Assembly: GCA_963726455.1 (NCBI GenBank)
Contig: CAVSCK010000004.1
Span: 1,834,641-1,898,640 of the forward strand
DNA: 64,000 nucleotides
DNA from: an uncultured bacterium
GTDB taxonomy: Bacteria > Zixibacteria > MSB-5A5 > CAIYYT01
Direction of reading: 5' to 3'
In this document: positions 29,799-40,641 of the stretch, in pieces
Layout of the letters: every line of letters starts with the position of its first letter
Position numbering within the stretch: the first letter of the stretch is position 1
Notes under the pieces: generated by a model
What the model was told of the DNA's origin: nothing
Database searches by the model: none
The model's input: the letters and a program-made list of their open reading frames with translations, nothing else
Position numbers and translations under genes: made by a program

Positions 29799-30737
29799 AT
29801 GAGACATATAGTAGGTAAAACCAACATTGACTTCGTAGGCATTCGCAATTATGCCTTCATCTTTTCAGGGATCATGACCACCCTCGGTTTGATTTCACTG
29901 ATTATCATAACTTTCGGACAGGCCAACCTGTCGATCGAGTTCTCCGGCGGAACCCTGATTCGCGGTTCGTTCACTAATCCCGTCACCGTCAACGAAATTC
30001 GCAATGTGCTGGCGACTCAGGGCGTTACCGATGCCACCATTCAACAGGTCATCACCAGTGATCCTAGTGCGCCTTCCCAGTTCATTATTCGCGTGAAGAC
30101 CGCGAGTGGCGGCGCACAGACCGAGCAAACGATGGCCAGGCAACTCCAAGACGCCCTTGATCGTGCGCTGCCGAACAATCCCTTCAAACTCGACTCCGTG
30201 ACGGAAATCGGTCCCACAGTCGGTAAGGAATTGCAGGCGCAGGCCCGCTGGGCAGTCGCCATTGCCTTGCTCGGTATCCTGATTTACATCTGGGTGCGTT
30301 TCGACTTCCGCTTCTCGGTGGCGGCCACGGTTGCCACGTTCCATGACGTGTTTGCCGTGTTGGGATTCATGTTCATCATGCAGCGCGAAATCTCGCTCTT
30401 GGTGGTGACGGCAATTCTAACATTGGCGGGTTATTCGGTCACGGATACCGTGGTGGTGTTCGATCGAATCCGCGAGAATCTGAAAATGTTCCGCAAGAAA
30501 GGTGACTTCGTGGCGGCTGTCAACAGCTCGATCAACGAGGTTCTCTCACGTACGTTGATCACCTCGCTGACCGCCTTTGTGTCGGTGCTGGTGATTCTCT
30601 TCCTCTGCGGGCCGGTCGTGCGTGATTTCGCCATGGCGCTGGCATTCGGCATTATCATCGGAACTTATTCATCGATCTTTGTCGCTTCGCCGATATTGGT
30701 TGTTTGGGAAGCCAAATCGCCCAAGCGATTCAAATAA
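29799..30737 (+). CDS. secF: Protein translocase subunit SecF
   Basis: IEFSGGT, GPTVGKEL, FHDV, GYSVTDTVVVFDRIRENL, GTYSSIFVASP. Confidence 0.97.
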   Translation: MRHIVGKTNIDFVGIRNYAFIFSGIMTTLGLISLIIITFGQANLSIEFSGGTLIRGSFTNPVTVNEIRNVLATQGVTDATIQQVITSDPSAPSQFIIRVKTASGGAQTEQTMARQLQDALDRALPNNPFKLDSVTEIGPTVGKELQAQARWAVAIALLGILIYIWVRFDFRFSVAATVATFHDVFAVLGFMFIMQREISLLVVTAILTLAGYSVTDTVVVFDRIRENLKMFRKKGDFVAAVNSSINEVLSRTLITSLTAFVSVLVILFLCGPVVRDFAMALAFGIIIGTYSSIFVASPILVVWEAKSPKRFK

Positions 30738-30754
30738 GCAGATTTGCTGGAATC

Positions 30755-30783
30755 AAGTCCCGCTCAACCGGCGGGACTTTTTT
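30755..30783 (+). terminator. Rho-independent terminator after secF
   Basis: AAGTCCCGC-loop-GCGGGACTT followed by a T run. Confidence 0.85.
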
Positions 30784-30819
30784 CTTAGTGTGCAATCATA
30801 GTATCAATTCCAATGGTGG

Positions 30820-31290
30820 GTGTTCGTCATGTCGTTGATCATCAAACTAGTCAAATTCAATGCCTGGTACGCTCTCGCCTGCGGCATCTTCTGCCTGATG
30901 ATCGCCTCAATAATAGTCGACAGCGCGCTGCTCTCGCTCGGCGTCCGGCCCGAACGAATCCTGCAGGATGAGACCTACTTGCTCGCCGTGAGTTTTGTCA
31001 GAATCGTCGGCATCCTCTTTATCGCCTACTCATTGGTCGTGCGCATGCTTCTCCGCCAGCACTTCGATCTCGAAAACTTGCGTGCCGATTTCGCTTTGTG
31101 GGCGGCGGGACTACTGGTGTGGGGAGGAATATTCCTGATACTGATGTTTACGAAGAGCGCAATTCTCGCGTCCGCCTGTGGAATCGGACTGCTCGAATGG
31201 CTTCTGATACCTGCCGTGATGCTATTCTCTTACAAAAACACCGGCAACTGGAAACCGGCGCCGCGCCAGGAAAACGACACCACGCCATAG
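30820..31290 (+). CDS. Hypothetical membrane protein (~4 TM)
   Basis: Four hydrophobic segments. Fills the intergenic space. Start may be ATG 30829. Confidence 0.6.
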   Translation: MFVMSLIIKLVKFNAWYALACGIFCLMIASIIVDSALLSLGVRPERILQDETYLLAVSFVRIVGILFIAYSLVVRMLLRQHFDLENLRADFALWAAGLLVWGGIFLILMFTKSAILASACGIGLLEWLLIPAVMLFSYKNTGNWKPAPRQENDTTP

Positions 31291-31349
31291 CTTCTTTCTC
31301 GATTAATTATCAGTGAGATTGCAGAACTCGGAGTAGCTGGTGCGAAATC

Positions 31350-33842
31350 CTATTCCTGCCACTTGAGAACTTGTTGGCTATACTCTTCGGCCAGATTCTC
31401 GGCCTTGTCTCGCTGCTCGGATTCAGCCAACACCGTGAAATAGGCCTCGTTGCGATCCGGAGCAACCCAAATCCAGCCGGCGTTGTCCTGGAATCGCGCG
31501 CCGTCCACCAGTTGACGGCTCTTTCCTTCCGTATGCGTCATCAGCAGGCGCATGACTTGCCCCTTCTTCGACCACGGACACGGCACTTGTCGGCGAGCCC
31601 GGAAATACTTTTCGAATTCCTGTCGCAATACAGCCAGGTCAGTGTGCCTCTTGGCCAGCATCTCCAGCAATTTGACAGATGCGAACATTCCATCAGCGCC
31701 CAGTTGGAACTTGGAGAAAATGAATCCGCCCCGGGTTCCGCCGACAAAGTCAACGCCTTCGTTCTTGAACGCCTGCATCATTGCCAGGTGGTCGTTCCGC
31801 ACCCGCAGCACTCCGACTCCGTATTGTTCGGCGATCTGGTCGACGCCCATACTGGCCATCACCGGCACCGCGATCTTCTTGGCCTGATAAGTGCTCAGGA
31901 ATAATGATGTCACCAACAGCAACAGCAGTTGGTCGGAGATCACTTCGCCGTTGCGATCGACTACGACAATCTTCTCAGCGCCTCTGCCGAGATGGATACC
32001 CAGATCAGCCCGCACCGACTTGACAATCGACGCCAACTGCTCCACCGAATGGTCGACGTTCTCGGCCTGGGCGGTCGGATCGGGGTAGGCGTTAAGCGAT
32101 ATTATTTCACAATGCAGCGCGGCGAAAATGCCTCCGAAGATTTCGGATGCGCCACCGTGCGAAAAATCGATAACCAACTTGAATTCGCGCTGCGCAATGG
32201 CATTTACATCTACCGCTTTTAGAAAGTCAGCCCGATACGATTCCAGAATCCGCGTTGGATAATCCAACTGCCCAACCTTGTCGATTGACGCCCGGCGGAA
32301 ATCCTCCCGAGCAAACAGCAGTTCGATTGAGCGCGCCTTGCGCGTAGGCATATCCATTCCGTCCGGACTCAGGAAGATGATATCCGTCATCCGGTAATCG
32401 GTCGGGTTATGGCGGACGTAAATGCCGCCCGCATGCTTTCCGCTCTTCAATTCGTATCGCATTACCGGAATCGGCAATGTCCGCAGGTCTACCACATTAA
32501 CACCGCACGACAACAGGCCGGAAATCAGCGCCCGCGAGAATATTCTGGAGGCCGCCGTAACATCGCGGCTGACCACCACCGAATCGCTGCGATTGAGCGT
32601 CGCGCCGTATGCCGCGCCCAGTTTCGCCGCAAATTCCGGAGTCACTTCGATATTTCCCAGTCCGGAAACCTTCGACTCCGTGAACAATTCGCGATTCCAC
32701 TTTTCGCCCCAGATCAATGACGACGATACAGTTGCTCCGGCTTCGACTTCCTTGCCCGGCCAGATCTTGCAGTTGGGCCGGACGCTCGAACCCTTGCGCA
32801 GCTTGACGCCCGTACTGATCACCACGTCCTCGTTGATCGCGACATCATCTTCGATAACAACATTATCGCAGATGATCGCCTGCGATATCTGCGCGTTCTT
32901 TCCGATATTCGTATCTTGCCAGATTACGCTGTTGGTGATAACCGTATTCGTGTCCACCGTGCAGCGATCACCGATCACCGAATTGGTGATTACTGCCTCG
33001 GCCTCGATTGTTACTTCATCGCCGAGAATGACCGTGCCGACAAACTTCGCCGACGATTCCACGTGAACATTCTTAGCAATCCAGATCGTTGCCTGCTCAT
33101 GGCGAACCCGATTGTATTCGGTTTCGATGCGGACATCCCCGTTCAGCACGTCGGTATGCGCCTTACGATACTCCGAGAGATTGCCAATGTCCCGCCAGTA
33201 ACCTTCAGCGATGTAGCCGAACAGATTCTCGCCGTCCTCCAGCATTTTGGGGAACAGATTCTGCGAGAAATCGAAAAACTCGCCCTTGGGAATGCGCTTG
33301 AAAACTTCCGGTTCCAGTATGTAGATGCCGGTATTTATCGTATCCGAAAAGACTTCGCCCCAGGTCGGCTTTTCGAGGAAGCGGGAAATTCGACCGTCCG
33401 GGTTCGTGATGACCACACCATACGCCAGCGGATTCTCCAGGCGAGTCAAAACCATTGTGGCAGCGGCGCCTTTCTTCTCGTGAAACGCAATCGCCTCCGC
33501 CAGGTCAAAATCAGTCAACACGTCGCCGGAAATTACCAGCACCCGCTCATTATGATAGAATTCTTCGGCATTCCTGACTGATCCGGCTGTCCCCAGATCC
33601 TCCTCGGCGAGGAGATACTTCATGGATATTCCGAAATCGGTCCCGTCTTTGAAATACTGCTTTATTTCTTCCGGCTGGAAGTATAGGAGTGAGACGCAAT
33701 CTGTGAGCGAATACTTCTTGAGGAGATTAATGATGTGGTGCAACATGGGCAGATTTGCCACCGGAACCATTGGCTTGGGCAGCGTCTGCGTCAGCGGGCG
33801 TAGCCGGGTTCCAAACCCTCCCGCCATAATAACAGTCTTCAT
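31350..33842 (-). CDS. Bifunctional mannose-1-phosphate guanylyltransferase / phosphomannomutase-like protein
   Basis: MAGGFGTRLRPLT..PKPM, FLEKP..EVFSDTINTGIY, hexapeptide beta-helix, C-terminal phosphohexomutase-like domains. Confidence 0.9.
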   Translation of the reverse strand: MKTVIMAGGFGTRLRPLTQTLPKPMVPVANLPMLHHIINLLKKYSLTDCVSLLYFQPEEIKQYFKDGTDFGISMKYLLAEEDLGTAGSVRNAEEFYHNERVLVISGDVLTDFDLAEAIAFHEKKGAAATMVLTRLENPLAYGVVITNPDGRISRFLEKPTWGEVFSDTINTGIYILEPEVFKRIPKGEFFDFSQNLFPKMLEDGENLFGYIAEGYWRDIGNLSEYRKAHTDVLNGDVRIETEYNRVRHEQATIWIAKNVHVESSAKFVGTVILGDEVTIEAEAVITNSVIGDRCTVDTNTVITNSVIWQDTNIGKNAQISQAIICDNVVIEDDVAINEDVVISTGVKLRKGSSVRPNCKIWPGKEVEAGATVSSSLIWGEKWNRELFTESKVSGLGNIEVTPEFAAKLGAAYGATLNRSDSVVVSRDVTAASRIFSRALISGLLSCGVNVVDLRTLPIPVMRYELKSGKHAGGIYVRHNPTDYRMTDIIFLSPDGMDMPTRKARSIELLFAREDFRRASIDKVGQLDYPTRILESYRADFLKAVDVNAIAQREFKLVIDFSHGGASEIFGGIFAALHCEIISLNAYPDPTAQAENVDHSVEQLASIVKSVRADLGIHLGRGAEKIVVVDRNGEVISDQLLLLLVTSLFLSTYQAKKIAVPVMASMGVDQIAEQYGVGVLRVRNDHLAMMQAFKNEGVDFVGGTRGGFIFSKFQLGADGMFASVKLLEMLAKRHTDLAVLRQEFEKYFRARRQVPCPWSKKGQVMRLLMTHTEGKSRQLVDGARFQDNAGWIWVAPDRNEAYFTVLAESEQRDKAENLAEEYSQQVLKWQE

Positions 33843-33875
33843 GACCGACTAAATCCTATCCGTGGGAATAACAGT

Positions 33876-34523
33876 TTACAGCAACTCCTTCTCAATATGC
33901 TCGGCGACAGCAAAGAAATCCGTAAACGGCAGGCAGTCAACGGATTTTTCCCGACAGAGGGTCGCGAGATCACCGCGGGCGAAGATAATATCGGCGGCGC
34001 CCAGGGCGCAACGGTCGGAAAAACCATCACCTATAAAGATCGTCAGTTCGCCCTCTTGTCTTAAGGCCGCAATGCGCTCTCCTTTGCAGCAACCGCAAAA
34101 ACCACAGCCATTTGCAAAATATGGAAACGAGGCATACATACTCCCATTTATGAAATGAGCCCGATTGGCGTGGATATCAAGCCCCTCCAGCCCGGCTCGC
34201 GCCAGAAACGCCTCAATATAGAAATCCAGCCCATCCGAAACAATATGCAGCGGCGCCTTGAGTGATCTTGCAAGATCGACAAACTCTCGAAAACCGGGCT
34301 GGATATCGATCCGCTCGACCGCCGCCAACATTTCCTGCCGGGACGCCGAGATATATGAACATTCCCGCTGCAAACACTCGCGCGAACTTATTTTCTGCTC
34401 CACCCACAGTTGGACAGTGCCCCGGTTCTTCTTATTGCTGAAGTAATTGAACAGCGACGCACCAACATCCTTGGTCGAAATCGTTCCGTCGAAATCAGTA
34501 AAGATCCTGATCGGTGTCTTCAT
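33876..34523 (-). CDS. MtnX-like HAD-IB family phosphatase
   Basis: DFDGTIS, VSDGLDFYI, CGCCK, IGDGFSD. Confidence 0.88.
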   Translation of the reverse strand: MKTPIRIFTDFDGTISTKDVGASLFNYFSNKKNRGTVQLWVEQKISSRECLQRECSYISASRQEMLAAVERIDIQPGFREFVDLARSLKAPLHIVSDGLDFYIEAFLARAGLEGLDIHANRAHFINGSMYASFPYFANGCGFCGCCKGERIAALRQEGELTIFIGDGFSDRCALGAADIIFARGDLATLCREKSVDCLPFTDFFAVAEHIEKELL

Positions 34524-34527
34524 CGTC

Positions 34528-34818
34528 CTAAACTAATACCAGGATCAGCCAGATCAACGTCAATACTGCGCCTGCGATGCCGGATGCCTTCTGCCTGCTG
34601 AAACACGCAACTACACTGAATACGCCAATCGCGATGGGAAGTGTGAGCAAATATACGCGCACCATCAGCTTCGGCAGTTCGCCCGGATTCGCAGCACTAT
34701 CCGCGCCGCTCAACACTACACTGATCGCGGCAATCACCAGCAAAATCAGAATTACTGCCCACGCCACAGTATAAACGGTGGTCAGAGTTCTGTTATTGTC
34801 AGTTACTGGTTCCATCAC
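34528..34818 (-). CDS. Small hypothetical membrane protein (3 TM)
   Basis: Hydrophobic ORF tightly coupled within the operon. Confidence 0.7.
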   Translation of the reverse strand: MMEPVTDNNRTLTTVYTVAWAVILILLVIAAISVVLSGADSAANPGELPKLMVRVYLLTLPIAIGVFSVVACFSRQKASGIAGAVLTLIWLILVLV

Positions 34819-35574
34819 TCAACTCGCAGATTTGATAATCATGTTGATTGCCGTGTATATCAGTATCGCCGCAAACATCAGCTTAATATACAGCGATTCG
34901 ATCCGATGAAATACTGCCGAGCCCAGATAAGCGCCTCCGATCGTACCCAGCGCCGTGAACGGCACATAACCGAACGGCAAATTGCCTCGATCGACATACG
35001 GCAACACACCCACTGCCGCCGAGATACCCAACATCAACGTCGATGTTGCCACCGCTTGTTTCACTGTCTTTCCAAGACAAAGCTGCAAGATCGGAACTTG
35101 AACCACTCCGCCGCCGATACCCAGTAGTCCCACCATCGTACCTGCCACGCCCGAGGCACCAATCGCCACGGGAAAGCGCCTGATGTTTATTGCAGCGGCG
35201 GTCGCATTCGTACGGCTCGGCAGGAACATTGCCACAGCAGTAGCCAGCAAAACCATCGCAAACACGAATCCGATGATTGACGCGTCTATCACTCCCGCCA
35301 GATGTGCGCCAAAATATGAAGCCAGTATCGTCGGAATCTCAAGATACAGCGCCGCCTTGACATCGACTAGTCCGCCGGGCAGGTACCGCATTGATGACGT
35401 CACCGATGTCGCCATAACGCTGCACAGGGACAGCGCCAGCGCCTGTATCAGCGGCATTTTGAATATTAATGTGAAGATCGGCACCAACAGGATGCCGCCG
35501 CCGACTCCCAGAATTGATGACAGCACGCCCACGCCCGCACACAGCCCGAACATCAATGCCAGATCGGCGGTCAC
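34819..35574 (-). CDS. TauE/SafE (TSUP) family transporter
   Basis: Duplicated LGVGGG..VP / LLGIGGG..VP motifs, 8 TM. Confidence 0.9.
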   Translation of the reverse strand: MTADLALMFGLCAGVGVLSSILGVGGGILLVPIFTLIFKMPLIQALALSLCSVMATSVTSSMRYLPGGLVDVKAALYLEIPTILASYFGAHLAGVIDASIIGFVFAMVLLATAVAMFLPSRTNATAAAINIRRFPVAIGASGVAGTMVGLLGIGGGVVQVPILQLCLGKTVKQAVATSTLMLGISAAVGVLPYVDRGNLPFGYVPFTALGTIGGAYLGSAVFHRIESLYIKLMFAAILIYTAINMIIKSAS

Positions 35575-36998
35575 GAACGCAAACCTCTCAAATATGCCAC
35601 AGCCGCCTGCAAGCAGTAATCGTCAAGTCGCAGACGCTCGGCGACTGTCGGCTCACCACCAACCTTGATCTGTTGTATATAGATGAGCAGGAAGTGCGTA
35701 ATTTCGGGGCGATATTCGTTGATCTGCGCTTTCGGAAGCATATTGATGATTCTGCCGATATCCTGAACTGATTGCCTCGCCTCGGGACTGCGCGCACTCA
35801 ATTGCAGATCGCCGTATGCCTGTCGCAACGGATCGTACGAATAGCCCTGCTTGGCCAGATAATCCGCAAATTCGTTGAATAGCTGCTCTTCGTCGCTCTT
35901 TGATGGCAGTGCTTCGTACGCCGATGCGGCCACAAAATCCAGGAAGTAGTTTCGATTTAGCAAGTCGACGGTAAGTCCGGACAACAAGGGCGGTTCGCAC
36001 CTGATCTGCGGTCCAATTCTGCCACTTGAATCGACCCCTGCTTCCCCGGAGTCGGTCGAATGGAAATCATTGCGCTGACCTCGGTGCACGTACAGACTTC
36101 TCCCCGACCTAAGCGGTATTACTTCCGTGCCTGCCTGCAATGAATTCTCTTCATTGCCGAAGATCAACGTCTTGTCCCTCTTCAACAATTCCACCGCCAG
36201 CAGTTCACCTTGTCGGCATGTCGTATGATCGACAAGCAATACCAGCGGCAACGTGCCGCGCAGGTCCAGAAACACTTTCGCCAGCTTATCAACATTACGC
36301 CCATCACCATCACTCGATTCACGCAGATCGACAACAACGCCTTGGGTCGAATCAACAACACTGGCATGCAGACTATCTTCAACCGACTTTTCCAGCCGAT
36401 CATTAAACTCGCGCAATCCACAGTAGACGATGTCATCAACTGCTGCCACCTCCACCGCCGGACCGCGCTCATTATTCGGGACAAGGACCTTGGCCGAGTC
36501 GAGCGTACCGCTACGTTTGAAATTTATCGAGATCGAATCCCCTCTCGCAGATGCAAGATGATGCTCCAGGTTCGTTACTAACTGGCCGGTATCATGCTCG
36601 ACTGCCGTCAACAGATCCCCTTGTCTTAGCGTGCCGAAGAACAATGATTTGCGTGACACGGCGACAACTTTGGCGGCGCCTTCTTCAAATGATAATGTCA
36701 GGCCCCAATTATCATTTCCACGTCCGGCATTGCTTTCCACCGTGTCGGAGGTCAACTCCACGCGAAACGGCAGTGCCGCCTGCATTCCACGCCAGGCATC
36801 ATTGAATACACTCTCGGCGGATAATTCACTGACGTATTGCTGCGCCATCAGGTCACTCTGTCGCGACAACTTCATCATGGCGCGAAACATCTCATCCGAC
36901 GCGCACAGATATGACGCCACCGCTGCCAGCGCCAATGTAAGAACTGACAGAATGAACGACGCTGTCGACTTAGCGCCAGAATTGTTCAGGGAGTTCAA
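35571..36998 (-). CDS. Degenerate S41/CtpA-like PDZ protein (catalytic motifs apparently lost)
   Basis: N-terminal TM, PDZ-like LRQGDLLTAVE, GVVVDLR, LVLLVD..T...GE, CtpA-like C-terminal helical region. Confidence 0.6.
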   Translation of the reverse strand: MNSLNNSGAKSTASFILSVLTLALAAVASYLCASDEMFRAMMKLSRQSDLMAQQYVSELSAESVFNDAWRGMQAALPFRVELTSDTVESNAGRGNDNWGLTLSFEEGAAKVVAVSRKSLFFGTLRQGDLLTAVEHDTGQLVTNLEHHLASARGDSISINFKRSGTLDSAKVLVPNNERGPAVEVAAVDDIVYCGLREFNDRLEKSVEDSLHASVVDSTQGVVVDLRESSDGDGRNVDKLAKVFLDLRGTLPLVLLVDHTTCRQGELLAVELLKRDKTLIFGNEENSLQAGTEVIPLRSGRSLYVHRGQRNDFHSTDSGEAGVDSSGRIGPQIRCEPPLLSGLTVDLLNRNYFLDFVAASAYEALPSKSDEEQLFNEFADYLAKQGYSYDPLRQAYGDLQLSARSPEARQSVQDIGRIINMLPKAQINEYRPEITHFLLIYIQQIKVGGEPTVAERLRLDDYCLQAAVAYLRGLRS

Positions 36999-37626
36999 TC
37001 TTGCTCCTACGCAGGAATTGCAGCGTTAATTCGAGCACCTCTGCCCAAATCTGCTGCTCTGTCTGCTTGCCGTCAAGAACCTTGATTCTTCGCGGCTCGG
37101 CGGCGGCCAGCTTGCGAAAACCCTGTCGCACGCGTTGGTGGAATAGTGCCGACTCCGACTCCATGCGATCTTTGTCGCGTTTGAGCCGTTCATGCGCCCG
37201 TCGTTCCGGAAGGTCAACCAGGAAAGTCAGATCCGGTTTGATTCCACGCGTTGCCACTTCGTTCAGTTGCTTGACCAGCTTGAGATTGACGCCGCGTCCG
37301 TAGGCCTGATATGCTGCCGTCGAATCCGAGAATCTGTCGGCTATCACGATATTGCCACGCTTCAGTGCCGGCGCAATGACCTTGTCGATCAAGTCCGCTC
37401 TTGCCGCCAGGAACAACATGAGCTCGGTAAGATCCGACATCGCCAGCCGCTTGTCATTCAGTAGTACTTCGCGGACTGCCTCGGCCGCGCGCGTCCCTCC
37501 CGGCTCCCGGACGAACACGATATGGCACTTGTGCTGCCCAAAGTAATCCTTCAGCAGCCGCGCCTGCGTCGACTTCCCGGAACCGTCGATACCCTCAAAG
37601 CTGAGTAGCACACCACGCTGTTTCAC
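36970..37626 (-). CDS. tmk: Thymidylate kinase
   Basis: FEGIDGSGKSTQ, REPGGT, ADRFSDST.AYQ.YGRG, PDLTFLVD. Confidence 0.97.
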   Translation of the reverse strand: MKQRGVLLSFEGIDGSGKSTQARLLKDYFGQHKCHIVFVREPGGTRAAEAVREVLLNDKRLAMSDLTELMLFLAARADLIDKVIAPALKRGNIVIADRFSDSTAAYQAYGRGVNLKLVKQLNEVATRGIKPDLTFLVDLPERRAHERLKRDKDRMESESALFHQRVRQGFRKLAAAEPRRIKVLDGKQTEQQIWAEVLELTLQFLRRSKIELPEQFWR

Positions 37627-37721
37627 GGCAGGAATATAGTCGACTTGAGTTTCAGATACCAGTCGATATTCTGATTCCGCGACTCCCCGTTGAAAGGGTA
37701 TGGGAGTTCTTGGGTGCTATA

Positions 37722-39749
37722 TCACTTCAACCACTTCGCCAACCACGCCAACTCGGTCTCATACACCACCCGCAGATTCTCCAGTTTCCCCACACTGTGG
37801 CTCTCGTCCGGGAAATAAAGCAACTGCGATGGCACTCCCATCCGCTGCAACGACGTGAACATCGACAGACCTTCGCTTACGTCGACACGATAGTCTCGCT
37901 GGCCATGAATCACCAGCGTCGGCGTCGCGAAGTTCTTGACATAGTACACCGGCGACGACCTCACATATTCATCCCAGTTACTCCACGGTGTCCCTTTGTA
38001 TTCCCATTCCGGAAACCACAATTCCTCGGTCGCGGTGTATTCGGCGACATGATTGAACGTCCCATCGATCGTGACCAGACACTTGAACCGATTCGTGTGC
38101 CCGCAGATCCAATTCGTCATGAATCCGCCATAAGACCTGCCCAGCGCCGCCATTCGCGTCGAGTCGATGTATGAATGTTGTTTCAGCAGATAATCCACGC
38201 CCGTCATTAGGTCATCATAGTCCCCCTTGCCCCAGTTGCCCGAGACATAGTCCTGAAACTTCACACCATACCCGGCGCTCCCGTGCGGATTGATCTGCGC
38301 CACTACATACCCTTGCGCCGCCATTAGCTGCGTGTTCCAGCCATAGTAGTTGAAATCACTGATCCAGCAGAACTGCGGCCCACCGTGTATCAGCAAAGCC
38401 AATGGGTACTTCTTCGCAGGGTCGAATTCCGGCGGTTTGGTCAGGAATCCATGTACGGAATCGCCCAGCGCTCCGACAAACCAGAATTCCTCGGCGCGAT
38501 TCATCGCAATACCGGCAACCACCTTTTCCGTGAAGTGTGCCAACTGCGTCAGCTTACGCGTACCGAGATCATAGCGGTACAATTCGTACGGCTTATCCGA
38601 CAGAGACCGCGATACTACCAGGTACTTTCCATCGGGCGAAATGCGCACATCACCATAAACCGCGTCGCCGAGCAGCATTTCGATTTTCCCGCCGGGGATC
38701 GAAATTCGATACACTTTCTCGAAGCCCTTATCTTCCGTGGTAAAATAGACAAACCGCGATTTCGGATCCCATGAACACCCCGATACCGAACGGTCAAACG
38801 CCGACGTTAAGTTAGTGTGCGTCTTCTTCACGCGATCATAGATCATTAGATCGCGCTGATCGCTTTCGTAAACCGCGCGCGCAGTAGCGGCATACGCCAG
38901 GTATCTTCCATTCGGCGAATAGCGTGGCGAACCTTCCAGCCCCGGGCCATTTGTGAAATGCGTCGGCTCTTTTGCCTGAGGCACGATCGTATACAAGTCA
39001 TTATTAACGCGCACCGCCTGCATCGAGTCGGTGCACATCGCAAAACAGAATTCCTTGCCATCCGGTGAGAATCCGACGTCGCGATTTCCACCCAGTAGCG
39101 CCGTCGGAGCATCAAAAGAGCCCGAATACAGCTCACGGCTGGTCGAGTCGCCGATCCCACAGATGAAAAGCCGATTGACCTTGCCGTCATCCCAGCGATT
39201 GTAATGCCTGAACAATAGATGGTCATACAACTTCGGCTTGCCCGCATTAGCTTTTGTCTCGGCCATCCGCGCCTTGTTGCAGCTATCGCTGTGGCATTCA
39301 GGATACACGCGCGTGGACACCAGCAATTCCTTGCCCGTCGGCAAACACTCATAAGTAGACACCGATGTCGGCACCGCTGTCACACGTCGTGAATCACCGC
39401 CGGCCGCCGGTATCAGCCATACCTGATTGCCATCTTCTTTTCCCGACGTATACAAGATCGCCTTGCCGTCCGGCATCCAGCGTGGCTGCGACTCTCCGCC
39501 ATCTCCAGAGGTCAACTGCCGCAACTCCGAGCCGTCGCTGTTTATGATCCAAAGATGGTTCTCCTCGCTATTCTTCACGGGATCGCTGGTGCTCAGCACG
39601 AACACGATTCGTTTCCCATCCGGCGAAATCTGCGGATCGCCGTACCCCGGCACACTGTAAAGATCATCGAACGTCATCCGGCGCGCCGTCGCCGAGGACA
39701 ACAGGCACAGGCACGCCAGAATCGTTACCGTCATTCTCATCATGGTCAT
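37722..39749 (-). CDS. Secreted S9 family peptidase (DAP2/acylaminoacyl peptidase-like)
   Basis: Signal peptide, PD40 propeller repeats, IHGGP, GRSYGG nucleophile, DYRV, ESH. Confidence 0.93.
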   Translation of the reverse strand: MTMMRMTVTILACLCLLSSATARRMTFDDLYSVPGYGDPQISPDGKRIVFVLSTSDPVKNSEENHLWIINSDGSELRQLTSGDGGESQPRWMPDGKAILYTSGKEDGNQVWLIPAAGGDSRRVTAVPTSVSTYECLPTGKELLVSTRVYPECHSDSCNKARMAETKANAGKPKLYDHLLFRHYNRWDDGKVNRLFICGIGDSTSRELYSGSFDAPTALLGGNRDVGFSPDGKEFCFAMCTDSMQAVRVNNDLYTIVPQAKEPTHFTNGPGLEGSPRYSPNGRYLAYAATARAVYESDQRDLMIYDRVKKTHTNLTSAFDRSVSGCSWDPKSRFVYFTTEDKGFEKVYRISIPGGKIEMLLGDAVYGDVRISPDGKYLVVSRSLSDKPYELYRYDLGTRKLTQLAHFTEKVVAGIAMNRAEEFWFVGALGDSVHGFLTKPPEFDPAKKYPLALLIHGGPQFCWISDFNYYGWNTQLMAAQGYVVAQINPHGSAGYGVKFQDYVSGNWGKGDYDDLMTGVDYLLKQHSYIDSTRMAALGRSYGGFMTNWICGHTNRFKCLVTIDGTFNHVAEYTATEELWFPEWEYKGTPWSNWDEYVRSSPVYYVKNFATPTLVIHGQRDYRVDVSEGLSMFTSLQRMGVPSQLLYFPDESHSVGKLENLRVVYETELAWLAKWLK

Positions 39750-39829
39750 AATTCCTTCAATCTAGTGAATGCTCAAACAGGAGAGATAATAGGATATCGA
39801 GGTAGAAAGCAACAGATTCGTTTCACCCG

Positions 39830-40498
39830 CTACAACGGCTCCTCCGTGCGGAATCCGATTTCTTTGTGGGTACCGTCGCAGAAGGGTTTGTTGCCGGAAT
39901 GGCCGCAGCGGCAGAGAGAGACATCAGCTACGCGCAACGATTTGCTCCCAGTGGCATCAAACAGTTGCACTACGCCGCCACACTTGAGCGAACCGTTGAT
40001 CTTTGGCAACACCGTGAGCTTCTGGCCGACGGCCGAGTCATTTTCGGCAATCTTGTCGGTGGTGCCGAGCTCGCCCCGGTCAGTAAAGCCGCTGGCTCGA
40101 TGACTATTATCACAGAACGGCTTGTTTTGCGACGCGCCGCATCGACACAACGCTATTCGCGTGTCATTCAAAACCGTCTCGCCCTGATCGTTTACGATCT
40201 CGACATCTCCGAACATGTACAGCGGACCATTTGCCTGCACGACAGCGATATTCTCTTCCGGCACGGTTTCGGACGGTCCGCCGTCTTTTCGTTCAAAATG
40301 CAGCGCTCCAGTTGGGCAACGAAGGACGACGTCGGCTATCTTGTCCGCGGTGCTGGCATCCGGCTTCACCCAGGGACGTTCCGCCGTGTTGAATACTTCC
40401 GGCAAACCGCGTACGCATTCCGCAGCATGAATGCAGCGTTGCCGGTCATAGGTCACAACGATGTTGTCAGCTTCATACTTGTGAATTTTCTCAGCCAC
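39830..40498 (-). CDS. Divergent 4Fe-4S (YjdI-like) + two CDGSH iron-sulfur domain protein
   Basis: CIHAAECV...CPTGAL; LCRCGASQNKPFCDNSH; LCRCGHSGNKPFCDGTH. Confidence 0.92.
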   Translation of the reverse strand: MAEKIHKYEADNIVVTYDRQRCIHAAECVRGLPEVFNTAERPWVKPDASTADKIADVVLRCPTGALHFERKDGGPSETVPEENIAVVQANGPLYMFGDVEIVNDQGETVLNDTRIALCRCGASQNKPFCDNSHRASGFTDRGELGTTDKIAENDSAVGQKLTVLPKINGSLKCGGVVQLFDATGSKSLRVADVSLCRCGHSGNKPFCDGTHKEIGFRTEEPL

Positions 40499-40641
40499 TT
40501 AAACTATTCCTCCTGCATGACGGACATTACTTGCGCCACTTCGCGAAGCAGCAATATTCACCCTCCGCTCGCGAAAGACAATGTTCTGCTGCATGCACCA
40601 ATATCCACCCTTGTACGCTCCGGTACGGGGTCTCAGGAAAC

